Assembly: GCA_052386995.1 (NCBI GenBank)
Contig: JBQTJP010000247.1
Coordinates: 1-32,531, forward strand
Reading direction: 5' to 3'
From: Armatimonadota bacterium
GTDB taxonomy: Bacteria; Sysuimicrobiota; Sysuimicrobiia; Sysuimicrobiales; Humicultoraceae
Length of the DNA: 32,531 nucleotides
Of this stretch, positions 9,387-18,139 are shown piece by piece. Numbering within the stretch: position 1 is the first letter of the stretch; each line of letters opens with the position of its first letter. Made by a program: the position numbers and the translations under genes. Below the pieces are notes generated by a model. It saw nothing but the letters and a program-made list of their open reading frames with translations. It had not been told where the DNA came from and ran no database searches.

Positions 9387-9446
9387 TCATCCGGCAGGAT
9401 GGGCGTTCGCCCGGCGCTCGATGGCACCACGCGCGCATACGGTCAT
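9387..9446 (-). CDS. Putative leader peptide MTVCARGAIERRANAHPAG upstream of rsgA
   Basis: AAGGAGGGAGGGG RBS before ATG 9446; TGA ends 10 nt before the anti-SD helix; extended -10 TGATAGGAT at 9497-9489. Confidence 0.6.
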   Translation of the reverse strand: MTVCARGAIERRANAHPAG

Positions 9447-9494
9447 CGCCCCTCCCTCCTTGTCTGTTCCGTCTCGTACAGCAACGCCATCCTA

Positions 9495-9998
9495 TCACTC
9501 CCGGGCAGGAGAAGGAAGCGAGTACTCGGAGGCATTGACCGCGCGTCCCGTGACGAAGTTGTAGGAGTCTACAATCAATTGGAAGATCGTCTCCAGTTCT
9601 TCGAGTGACCGCGGCGTATAGAGCATGACGATACCTTCGATACCAATCTGTTCTGCAATAGGATGCGCCTCGGCCCACCCTGCCTCAACCGCCTCACGGG
9701 CTCTGCTCGCCGGGAGCGATACGTGCAGGCTCCCGTCGGGATGGATGTGCCCGAATTCTCTTCCCGCAACAATGACCTCCGGATGGGCAAGCGGCACGTC
9801 CTCGCGAAGCCAGAAAGCGCGCGCGCCCGGAACGGAGATCACCGTGGGCTGGTTTTCGACGTCGGGCAAGGCATACGCCCGCCGGAAGAGTTCGGCGTGC
9901 ACATCCGCGACCGGCGTGATCCCGATCTGCGCATGAGGCATGCCCTTGTGGGTGCTCGGCCGCGGCCCGGCGCGTCGTGGCAGCGGAAGGGGTGTCAT
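9495..9998 (-). CDS. DUF5519 / 'luciferase family' protein
   Basis: LPRRAGPRP...MPHAQI, EFGHIHPDGSLHVSLP, GWAEAHP, MLYTPRSLEELE pattern; GGAG RBS. Confidence 0.8.
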   Translation of the reverse strand: MTPLPLPRRAGPRPSTHKGMPHAQIGITPVADVHAELFRRAYALPDVENQPTVISVPGARAFWLREDVPLAHPEVIVAGREFGHIHPDGSLHVSLPASRAREAVEAGWAEAHPIAEQIGIEGIVMLYTPRSLEELETIFQLIVDSYNFVTGRAVNASEYSLPSPARE

Positions 9999-10013
9999 CG
10001 CATCATCGCTCCA

Positions 10014-10655
10014 CTACAGCCTCTTGACCCAGAATACAGTCGTCTCAACGAGTTCCCCAATGACATCTTCGGCCCTGCGCCCGCGCACAGTCAGTCCGTG
10101 ATCTGCGCCCTCGAGGATGTGCAGCGTCGCGGTCTTCAATCTCGCCGTGGTGGCGGTGAGCAGGTCGGGACGCGCAAACGCATCGCGTGAACCCTGAAGG
10201 AAGAGCATCGGGACCGTAATCTTTTCCAAATGCGCATCGCGCAGGCGGTCGGGCTGGCCGGGCGGATGAAGCGGGTAGCCGAGAAATACCAAGCCGGCCG
10301 CGGGAAAGCCGTCGGCGACGATGTGTGACGCAATGCGGCCCCCCATGGAGCGGCCGCCGAGCAACAGGCGCTGCGCGCGCTTCGCCACCTCTCCGGCCAC
10401 GGCCCGATAGCAGGCTTCGAGAATCTTCTGTCGGTCGGGCACCTTGCGCCTGGCCTCGGCGTACGGAAAGTTGAACCGAACCGCGCCGAGGCTGCGGGCG
10501 GCGATCGCGTCGGCGAACTGCGCCAGCCCAGGCGTGTGGAGTGTCCCGCCCGCGCCGTGCCCGAGGACCAGGTATGTCTCCCCATGAGCCGGGTGGTGCC
10601 AGATGGTCGAGACAGCCCCGCCGTCCCACTGAATCGCGGTTTTCTCAGCGGGCAT
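10014..10655 (-). CDS. Alpha/beta hydrolase (KANSL3/Tex30-like, dienelactone hydrolase-related)
   Basis: GHGAGG, RFNFPY, nucleophile elbow GGRSMGG, GYPLHPPG, QGSRD, GADH; start 10655 or 10682. Confidence 0.9.
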   Translation of the reverse strand: MPAEKTAIQWDGGAVSTIWHHPAHGETYLVLGHGAGGTLHTPGLAQFADAIAARSLGAVRFNFPYAEARRKVPDRQKILEACYRAVAGEVAKRAQRLLLGGRSMGGRIASHIVADGFPAAGLVFLGYPLHPPGQPDRLRDAHLEKITVPMLFLQGSRDAFARPDLLTATTARLKTATLHILEGADHGLTVRGRRAEDVIGELVETTVFWVKRL

Positions 10656-10666
10656 GCGGCTCTCGC

Positions 10667-11551
10667 TCAGATGAGATTCCATTCGGACTCCCGATCGCCG
10701 CCCGAGACCTTACCCTCGTCCCGGAGCTTGAGCAGATGAGCGTACACCGATAGGGCTGCCATGGGATGAAACGCCGGGGGGACATCGGCATAGATCCGAA
10801 GGACGATCTCCGGGATCCACCGTGCCCCGCCGCGGAGCGCATCCAGGACTTGCTGCTCGCGCATGAGCCGATGACGGATGTACTCTTCGATGACGGCCAG
10901 CGGGGAGTCGATCGCGTCGCCGTGCCCAGGATAGATGCGCGCGGGATTCCACTGCCTCACGCGCTCGAGCGACCGCAGGTATGCGGCCATGTCACCATCG
11001 GGCGGGGCAATAACGACCGTCGAGCCGCCCATGATGAGATCGCCGGAGAACAGCGCTCGTTCTCCTTTGAGAAAGAAGCAGAGGTGATCGGACGCGTGGC
11101 CGGGCGTGTGGATCGCCTCGAGCACAAACCCTAACCCCGCTACGGACTCTCCGTCATCGAGCATGCGGTCGGGAGCGACGCCCCGGCCCGCCGCCGCGAA
11201 CGCGAGAATCTGCGCGCCGGTCTGCCGGGCCAGCCGCCGCGCGCCCGGCGCGTGGTCGACATGCGCGTGGGTGAGCAGCACCCACCGCAACCAACCCCGA
11301 CCAAGCGCGCCCACGACACTCGCAACATGCCCGGCATCATCCGGACCCGGATCGATCACCGCGACCTCGTCGGTCCCCACCAGGTACGTATTTGTTCCTG
11401 CGCCGGTCATGGAGGAGGGATTCGGAGCAGTTATCCGGCGCACCAGGGCCGAGAATCTGACTGCATTCGAGGCCGCCATCACGAGCATCGGTTCGACACG
11501 GTGTAGGGTTTCTCCGGCGGTGAGGCGAACAGTCGCCTGCCGCTCCTTCAC
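10667..11551 (-). CDS. MBL-fold metallo-hydrolase, LACTB2-like with C-terminal winged helix
   Basis: APNPSSMTGAGTNTY, THAHVDH, TPGHASDH, FSGD, PGHG, AHLLKL; start uncertain (11551, 11488 or 11479). Confidence 0.9.
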   Translation of the reverse strand: MKERQATVRLTAGETLHRVEPMLVMAASNAVRFSALVRRITAPNPSSMTGAGTNTYLVGTDEVAVIDPGPDDAGHVASVVGALGRGWLRWVLLTHAHVDHAPGARRLARQTGAQILAFAAAGRGVAPDRMLDDGESVAGLGFVLEAIHTPGHASDHLCFFLKGERALFSGDLIMGGSTVVIAPPDGDMAAYLRSLERVRQWNPARIYPGHGDAIDSPLAVIEEYIRHRLMREQQVLDALRGGARWIPEIVLRIYADVPPAFHPMAALSVYAHLLKLRDEGKVSGGDRESEWNLI

Positions 11552-11616
11552 AGTTTCTTTGCAGTCGGGCTGGTAGAGTTACGCTAGAGACATAGGTTGA
11601 AGGAGTGTGAGTCCCG

Positions 11617-12057
11617 ATGCGCACGTTGATGGCTGCCTTGATCCTTCTGCTGGCACCCTGGGCCCAGGCGGCGCCGGTCGCGTTCGGAGCCGCGTCGACG
11701 CAGCCGGTGTTCATCGCCACCGGAAAGTTCGCGGGAACGGACGACGTCCACAAGGGCGAAGGCAAGGCGCTGATCGTTCAATTGCCTACCGGCCAGCGAT
11801 TCCTGCGATTCGAGGAGTTCAAGGTGACCAATGGGCCCGACCTGTACGTCTATCTGTCCGGCCATTCCTCTCCGCGAAACCGGGCCCAACTGCACGACGG
11901 CGGGGCGTTCGAGATCGGTCTGCTGAAAGGCAACATTGGCAACCAGAATTACGAGCTCCCGGCGACTGTCGATCCCACCAAATACCGGTCGGTGGTCATC
12001 TACTGCAAGCGGTTCAGCGTGCTGTTCGCTTCCGCCGAGCTGGTCTTCAACCGCTAA
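11617..12057 (+). CDS. Secreted DM13 domain protein
   Basis: AAGGAG RBS; signal peptide; HKGEG, NGPDLYVYL, LKGNIGNQNY, VVIYCKRFSVLF. Confidence 0.92.
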   Translation: MRTLMAALILLLAPWAQAAPVAFGAASTQPVFIATGKFAGTDDVHKGEGKALIVQLPTGQRFLRFEEFKVTNGPDLYVYLSGHSSPRNRAQLHDGGAFEIGLLKGNIGNQNYELPATVDPTKYRSVVIYCKRFSVLFASAELVFNR

Positions 12058-12116
12058 CGCCGGCCGGCCCGCGTTGTGAGGCGATACCGGTTGTGAAGCG
12101 ACGAAGGAGCGATTCG

Positions 12117-12749
12117 ATGCGGAAGGGATTGTGGCGAAAGCAGTACTGGTGGATCATCGCCGTTCTCGTGGTCATCGGCGCGCCCATTGCGTGGTATCTC
12201 GGCTCACCGCTGTTCATCAACAGAGTGGTCGATGAACCCTTCCCGACGGGCGGGGGCACAGCCTCCAGCACGTCGACGTTTCCCATGAGCAAAGACGCCA
12301 CGGTTCCCGAGGGCATGACGCAACAGCAGGTGGAAGAGACGATGATGAAAGCCTCCAAGGTCGAGAAACCGGCGGACGAGACGATGCCACCGGCGGCGTC
12401 CGCCAAGGTTGTCGCGCGGGGCACGTTCGCCGGAGCGGACGCCATTCACAAGGGCGAGGGAGCTGCGACAGTGTACCGCGTGGGGGAAGATCTGATTCTG
12501 CGCTTCGACGCCTTCAAGTCCACGAATGGGCCGGATCTCCACGTGCTCCTGGCCAAGCACGCGGCGCCGAAATCCAGCGCCGATGTGAAGCAAGGGTACA
12601 TTGAAGTTGCCAAGCTCAAAGGGAACATCGGCAGCCAGAACTACACGCTGCCCAGGGGCATCACCCTGGCCGACTACCGCACCGTTGTGATCTACTGCAA
12701 GCCGTTCCACGTCGTCTTCTCGACTGCGCCGCTGCAGGCCGCACCATAG
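12117..12749 (+). CDS. Membrane-anchored DM13 domain protein
   Basis: AAGGAG RBS before ATG 12117; TM anchor WYLGSPLFINRVVDEPFP; HKGEG, NGPDLHVLL, LKGNIGSQNY, IYCKPFHVVF. Confidence 0.92.
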   Translation: MRKGLWRKQYWWIIAVLVVIGAPIAWYLGSPLFINRVVDEPFPTGGGTASSTSTFPMSKDATVPEGMTQQQVEETMMKASKVEKPADETMPPAASAKVVARGTFAGADAIHKGEGAATVYRVGEDLILRFDAFKSTNGPDLHVLLAKHAAPKSSADVKQGYIEVAKLKGNIGSQNYTLPRGITLADYRTVVIYCKPFHVVFSTAPLQAAP

Positions 12750-12768
12750 GCGGCGCGACCGAGTGCGT

Positions 12769-14007
12769 TTATCGGCGTCCGCCGGCCAGCCGAGCCGCCT
12801 CAGGCCGCCGGCGCAGGCGCAGCATCGCTACGACGCCCAGCGCCGGACCGATGGCCAGCACGCTCAGCGCCACCGACCAACCCGCGACTGCCTGAACGAT
12901 CGGGACCAGCTGAATTGTCACAGCCGTCAAGAGGAACCCTAGCGCGGTCTGCAGTGCCAGCGCGCTGCCGACCCGTTCACGGTCGGCGAGCTCGCTGATC
13001 GAGGCGGAAAACTGCGCCGAGTCGGCGATAACGCTGATGCCCCAGACCGTTGCCGCGGCGACGACCAACGGCGGCAGCCGTCCGAAGAAAAGGCCCGTGA
13101 GCACGGCGCTCGCTCCGCTGATGGCCATGGCTGCGGCCGTGATCGTCGTACGCCCCAGACGATCAGCCAAAAGTCCTCCAGCCACGCATCCCGCGGCGCC
13201 GGCCCCAATGGCGAGCGCGGCCGCAAGACTAGCCCACTGACCCGCGATCCGATCCTGCAGGGCGGGATTCCAGATCTGAAAACTGGCCAGGAGGAAGGCC
13301 GGCAGCCACGTCCACATCGCGTAGAGCTCCCACATGTGCCCAAAGTACCCGAGGTTGGCGAGCCGCAGCGCGGGATTGCGGAACGAGCGCAGCGCCCAGC
13401 CGAGATCCAATCGACCGGCCTGCGCGGCGAACGGGCCCGTGCGCACGAAGGCGGCGATGAGCACGGCTGAGATCACGGCGCCGAGGCTCGTCCCCGTAAT
13501 GACATGCTGCCAGGGGAGCGAGCCGGCGAGCCCGATGCCGGCGAGCAGGTGCGGGAGGGCGGAGCCCAGGGTAAGGGCGCCCACCAGCGCGCCGATCGCG
13601 AGGCCGCGGTCTGCGCGGAACCACTCGGTCATGAGCTTCATCCCGGTTGGATAGACGCCCGCCAGGCTGAATCCCAGCCCGAACCGAAGGACTACCGCCA
13701 GGGGGAGGCTTCCGCCACCGAGGATCAGCGACCCGTTGACGAGCGCCGCCGCCAGCGCGCTGATCATGAAGACCCGGCGCGCCGACACGATGTCGGCGAT
13801 GCCGCTCACCGCGGAGGCCAGTCCCCCCGTCACGAATCCAATCTGGACCGCGACCGTCAGCAGACCGACCTGCGCGGAGGAGAGGTGCCAGTCACGCGCC
13901 AGCGACGGCGCGACCGCCGCCGCGCTGAACCAGGTACTCATCGCGCCGACCTGCGCGGCCGCGATCGCCGCAAGGGCCTTCCAGCGGTCGGGAGGCGTCT
14001 CAGACAT
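12769..14007 (-). CDS. MFS transporter
   Basis: About 12 TM helices; GVYPTGMK, GYFGHMWELYAMW, GLLADRLGR, ADSAQFS; start 14007 (alternative 14031). Confidence 0.92.
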   Translation of the reverse strand: MSETPPDRWKALAAIAAAQVGAMSTWFSAAAVAPSLARDWHLSSAQVGLLTVAVQIGFVTGGLASAVSGIADIVSARRVFMISALAAALVNGSLILGGGSLPLAVVLRFGLGFSLAGVYPTGMKLMTEWFRADRGLAIGALVGALTLGSALPHLLAGIGLAGSLPWQHVITGTSLGAVISAVLIAAFVRTGPFAAQAGRLDLGWALRSFRNPALRLANLGYFGHMWELYAMWTWLPAFLLASFQIWNPALQDRIAGQWASLAAALAIGAGAAGCVAGGLLADRLGRTTITAAAMAISGASAVLTGLFFGRLPPLVVAAATVWGISVIADSAQFSASISELADRERVGSALALQTALGFLLTAVTIQLVPIVQAVAGWSVALSVLAIGPALGVVAMLRLRRRPEAARLAGGRR

Positions 14008-14041
14008 GACCGCCGATCTGGCATGAAGCATAATAAATGAG

Positions 14042-14047
14042 ATTATA
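14042..14047 (-). promoter_or_regulatory. Putative -10 element (TATAAT) for the MFS gene
   Basis: Consensus hexamer in an AT-rich divergent intergenic patch; no clear -35. Confidence 0.4.
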
Positions 14048-14095
14048 CCTGTCGCGATCTCGTGGAGGGGAGCTTGGGAGGGCCGACGAAGCGGG

Positions 14096-16114
14096 ATGCA
14101 TTCTCGGAATCAGAGGATCAGCATCGTCAACGTGAACAAGGAGGAGTCAGCAATTCAAGACGCCAGCGCCGCTCTCGAGGCAGCCCGGAGCGCGATCAAG
14201 CGGCACGCCTGGCGGGAGGCATTCGACCTTTTCACCGCGGCAGACGCCTCCGCACCTTTGTCCCCTGAGCGCCTCGAGGAGCTTGGCGATGCCGCATGGT
14301 GGACCGGTCGCCTCGCGGCGTGCATAACCGCGCGCGAGCGTGCGTATGCGGCTTACATCGAGGCCGGGAATCACCGTCGCGCCGCGATGATAGCGATCGC
14401 GCTGGCCAAGGACTTCTTTGCGAAGCGAGAGGCGTCGGTTGCAACAGCCTGGCTCAGCCGGGCCGAGCGACTTCTCCAGAATGAGCCAGACAACGTCGAG
14501 CACGGCTACCTGTTGCGCACGCGGGGCGTAGTCGCCTTCGAGGGTCAGCGAGACTTCGACGGGGCGCTCGTGTACGCACAGCAGGCGCTCGATCTAGGCA
14601 CGCGGTATGGTGAGCGGGACCTGATGGGGATGGCCCTCCACGACCAGGGACGCGTGCTCGTAGCGAAAGGCCGTGTCTCCGAGGGGACAGCCCTGATGGA
14701 TGAGGCCACGGTTGCCGCGGTTTCTGGCGAACTCGGTCCTATGGCAACCGCGGTTATCTACTGCAATACGATCACTTCATGTAAGGAAGTGGCCGATTAC
14801 CGGCGCGCCAGTGAGTGGAGCGAAGCCGCCAGACGTTGGTGTGACCGCCAGGCCATCACCGGATTTCCCGGCATGTGCCGCGTGTATCGAGCCGCGATTC
14901 TCCGCGTTTGCGGAGCATGGCCGGAGGCCGAGCAGGAAGCCCGGCGCGCGTGCGAGGAGCTTCGGGAGTTCAATCTCGGCTATGCCGCAGAGTCGTTCTA
15001 CGAGATTGGGGAGATCCGTCTCCGCATGGGAGACCTCCCCGCGGCCGAGGGAGCGTTCCGGCAGGCGCACGAGCTGGGCAGAGAACCCGAGCCGGGGTTG
15101 TCCTTGCTGCGGCTCGCAGAAGGGAAGGTGAAGGCTGCCGCGACATCGATCAAGCGCGCGCTAGCCCATGAATCTTCGGACCGCCTGCACCGTGCCAACC
15201 TGCTGCCTGCGCAGGTGGAGATTGCCATCGCGGCCGGGGATCTGGAGGTCGCTCGGGCAGCGACCGAAGAGTCGGAGGATATCGCCCGGGCCTATGGCTC
15301 CACTGCACTCGATGCCCGCGCCGTCTCCGCTCGGGGAGCCCTTCAGCTCGCGGAAGGCGATACCGCGGCCACAGCTCGCAGTCTCCGCCGGGCCTGGAAG
15401 CTTTGGCACGAGATCGATTGTCCTTATGAGGCAGCCAGGGCGCGCATGGTGCTCGCAGCGGCGTATCGCGCCGAAGGAGATGAAGAGGCCTCAGCGCTTG
15501 AGCTCCAGGCTGCGAGGGCTGCGTTCGATCGGCTGGGGGCTGCCCTTGACAGCCGCCGGGCCGGTGAACTGCTCGGCGAGGCAGCAGCCGGGCGTCAGGG
15601 TGTCGTTGCGGGCCGCCGGGTGCTTCGAACGTTCATGTTCACAGATATCGTGAAATCCACGAGCCTGGTAGAGGCCATCGGCGATGAGGCCTGGGAGGAC
15701 CTGTTGAGGTGGCACGACGAGACGCTCAGGTCGCTCTTTGCGCGCCACGGCGGCGAAGAGATCGATCATACCGGAGATGGGTTCTTTGTCGCCTACAACG
15801 ATACGCCCTCGGCCCTCGAGTGCGCCGTGGCGATCCAGCGGACGCTGGCGGATCACCGTCGAACGCAAGGGTTCGCTCCTCAGGTGCGGATCGGCCTGCA
15901 CGCTGCGACAGCGACGCGCAAAGGCTCGGGCTATACCGGGAAAGGGGTCCATCAGGCGGCGCGAATCGGTGCGCTCGCGGAGGGTGAGCAGATACTGGCA
16001 AGTCTCGAAACTCTTGCCGAGGGGGCCGCACGCTTCTTGAAATCCGAACCGCGCACGGTCAGTCTCAAGGGCCTCTCGGAACCTGTCCAAATCGCTGCAA
16101 TCGACTGGCGTTAG
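14096..16114 (+). CDS. TPR-like helical sensor fused to a class III adenylate/guanylate cyclase domain
   Basis: About 500 aa of helical repeats, then FMFTDIVKST, HTGDGFF, VRIGLH, VHQAARI, LKGLSEP; start uncertain. Confidence 0.9.
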   Translation: MHSRNQRISIVNVNKEESAIQDASAALEAARSAIKRHAWREAFDLFTAADASAPLSPERLEELGDAAWWTGRLAACITARERAYAAYIEAGNHRRAAMIAIALAKDFFAKREASVATAWLSRAERLLQNEPDNVEHGYLLRTRGVVAFEGQRDFDGALVYAQQALDLGTRYGERDLMGMALHDQGRVLVAKGRVSEGTALMDEATVAAVSGELGPMATAVIYCNTITSCKEVADYRRASEWSEAARRWCDRQAITGFPGMCRVYRAAILRVCGAWPEAEQEARRACEELREFNLGYAAESFYEIGEIRLRMGDLPAAEGAFRQAHELGREPEPGLSLLRLAEGKVKAAATSIKRALAHESSDRLHRANLLPAQVEIAIAAGDLEVARAATEESEDIARAYGSTALDARAVSARGALQLAEGDTAATARSLRRAWKLWHEIDCPYEAARARMVLAAAYRAEGDEEASALELQAARAAFDRLGAALDSRRAGELLGEAAAGRQGVVAGRRVLRTFMFTDIVKSTSLVEAIGDEAWEDLLRWHDETLRSLFARHGGEEIDHTGDGFFVAYNDTPSALECAVAIQRTLADHRRTQGFAPQVRIGLHAATATRKGSGYTGKGVHQAARIGALAEGEQILASLETLAEGAARFLKSEPRTVSLKGLSEPVQIAAIDWR

Positions 16115-16160
16115 ATCGGGCCTCATCAGTCCATGTCAACCTGGTTCAGGTGGTCAACCA

Positions 16161-16664
16161 ATGCCAACAGCCGAGCGCGTTAGCGAACTCATTCAGGCCT
16201 ACGCCGAGGGGCCGGCGCTCCTGGAGTCCGCCGTGGCGGGATTATCTGAAGAGGAGCGGCGGTTCACACCGGGCCCGGAGCAGTGGAGCATCCACGAAAA
16301 CATCGTCCACCTCGTCGACACCGATCTGGTGGCGGCGGCCAGGATGCGGTACGTGCTGGCGCAGCCCGGCAAGCCGCTGGTCGCGTTTGACCAAAACCAC
16401 TGGGCGCGAGTCATGGACTACGCGTCACAATCGTTCGAGGAAGCGCTCGCTCTCTTCAGGGCTATCCGTGCATCCACAGCCGGCCTGCTCCGCCACGCTC
16501 ACCCAGAAGCGTGGGCACAGACGGGTCTGCACACCGAAAGCGGCCCGCAGACGCTCGAGTGGATCGTAGAGCACTTCGTGGATCACGTTCACCACCATAC
16601 GGGCACGATCGCAAAACGCCGGCGTCAGCACGCCGAGGCGCGTGCGGCGGAGGTGAAACCATGA
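16161..16664 (+). CDS. DinB/YfiT family protein
   Basis: PEQWSIHENIVHLVD and HFVDHVHHH metal-binding histidines. Confidence 0.9.
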   Translation: MPTAERVSELIQAYAEGPALLESAVAGLSEEERRFTPGPEQWSIHENIVHLVDTDLVAAARMRYVLAQPGKPLVAFDQNHWARVMDYASQSFEEALALFRAIRASTAGLLRHAHPEAWAQTGLHTESGPQTLEWIVEHFVDHVHHHTGTIAKRRRQHAEARAAEVKP

Positions 16665-17464
16665 TTGATCTCGCTGCCGTGAAGCGGCGTCAGCAGCAGA
16701 CCTGGGCGTCTGGGGACTTTGCGATGGTCGCGACGACGAGCACCATCGTGGGGGAACTTCTGTGCGAAGCGGTGGATCTCCGCGCGGGTCAGAAAGTGCT
16801 CGACGTGGCGACCGGGAGCGGCAACACGGCGCTGGCCGCCGCGCGGCGATGGTGCGACGTGACCGGCGTCGACTATGTTCCAGCGCTTCTGGAGCGGGGA
16901 CGGGAGAGAGCCGCGGCCGAGCGGCTCAGGATCACCTTCCTCGAGGGGGACGCAGAGAATATCCCCTTCCCCGATGCGACGTTCGACGTCGTCCTGTCCA
17001 CCTTCGGCGCCATGTTTGCTCCTGATCAAGAGAAGACCGCACGCGAACTGCTCCGCGTCTGCCGGCCCGGCGGCAAGATCGGCATGGCGAACTGGACGCC
17101 GGACGGCGTCATCGGACAACTCTTCAGCGTCACCGGTAAGCACATGCCTCCGCCTGCCGGGGTGAGGCCGCCCGCCCTGTGGGGAACCGAGGAGCGGCTC
17201 CGCGAGCTCTTCGGCAGCAGCATCGGCTCGCTGCGAGTCACCCGGCGCGAGTTCGTGTTCCGCTACCACTCGGCGCAACACTGGTTGGAGTACTTCAGGA
17301 CCTACTACGGGCCAACGCTAAAGGCGTTCGAGACGCTCGATCCGGGCGGGCAGGAGGCGCTGGCCCGCGACCTGCTGGGCCTGTGGAATCGTCACAACAG
17401 ATCGTACGATGAGACATTAGCGGCACCGGGGGCCTATCTCGAGGTGGTGGCGACCAAGAAGTGA
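16661..17464 (+). CDS. Class I SAM-dependent methyltransferase (Methyltransf_11/UbiE-like)
   Basis: GGAGGTG RBS, ATGA overlap with DinB; VLDVATGSG, GDAENIPF, FDVVLSTFGAMFAP, RPGG. Confidence 0.94.
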   Translation: MIDLAAVKRRQQQTWASGDFAMVATTSTIVGELLCEAVDLRAGQKVLDVATGSGNTALAAARRWCDVTGVDYVPALLERGRERAAAERLRITFLEGDAENIPFPDATFDVVLSTFGAMFAPDQEKTARELLRVCRPGGKIGMANWTPDGVIGQLFSVTGKHMPPPAGVRPPALWGTEERLRELFGSSIGSLRVTRREFVFRYHSAQHWLEYFRTYYGPTLKAFETLDPGGQEALARDLLGLWNRHNRSYDETLAAPGAYLEVVATKK

Positions 17465-17476
17465 AGTAAGGCCTGG

Positions 17477-18061
17477 CTAGCCTTTCACGAGGATCCACCT
17501 CTTCCAATACAGCACAAGAAAGCCGATGGCGATGCCGAGGAACCAGGCCGCCACGATATCCGACGGCCAGTGCATCCCTGTCGCCAGTCTGGAGAGACCG
17601 ACAAGGAACGCGAAGATGCCGTACTCAGAAGCCCAATCCGGCAGGTAATGGGACAAGATGGTGGCGGCGACTGAGGCCGCCAGGGTGTGGCCGGAGACGA
17701 ATGCGCCTGCCGTCCAGAGCGAGCCGATGGCCTCGATCTGCATGACGTCAGCGGGTCTGGGACGATTCCACAGTGTGTGCAAGGCGATGTTGTTCAGAAA
17801 ACCCTGCAAGGCGAGCCCGACGATCGAGGCGAGCACCGCTTCAATATAGACGTTGCTGCTGAACGCACGCAGCCCGCCCATGCGCCCCCGGTTGCGCCAG
17901 TCCCTGAAACCCGCGAGAGCCAGGAAGAGCAGATAGAACCAGATTACCGCCCCGTACTCCATGAGAAGGGAAAAGAGCGTCAGCCCGACCCTAAAGCCTC
18001 CGGGCAGCCCGACGAAGAACTCCACGATGCTGCGCTCGATTTCTGGAGCTGGTAGCTGCAT
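17477..18061 (-). CDS. PAP2 superfamily membrane phosphatase
   Basis: RPRP, SGH and SRLATGMHWPSD motifs in a hydrophobic protein. Confidence 0.85.
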   Translation of the reverse strand: MQLPAPEIERSIVEFFVGLPGGFRVGLTLFSLLMEYGAVIWFYLLFLALAGFRDWRNRGRMGGLRAFSSNVYIEAVLASIVGLALQGFLNNIALHTLWNRPRPADVMQIEAIGSLWTAGAFVSGHTLAASVAATILSHYLPDWASEYGIFAFLVGLSRLATGMHWPSDIVAAWFLGIAIGFLVLYWKRWILVKG

Positions 18062-18139
18062 ACCGGCTCACCCAGAATCGACCATGAGGTGGCACTCGAT
18101 GCATCTACTCTTATGCCCATCCAGACAGCGTTATACGGC

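Noticed and set aside
7306..11551. MBL-fold genes as beta-lactam resistance determinants
   Set aside because: Only fold-level motifs are visible; one is LACTB2-like and the other resembles uncharacterised secreted MBL proteins
11607..12116. 170-aa N-terminal extension of the second DM13 ORF
   Set aside because: Overlaps the first DM13 gene out of frame; the true start is ATG 12117 with an AAGGAG RBS
14096..16114. Pycsar/CBASS-like antiphage cyclase system
   Set aside because: No adjacent TIR, cyclic-nucleotide-binding or TM effector and no defence-island context
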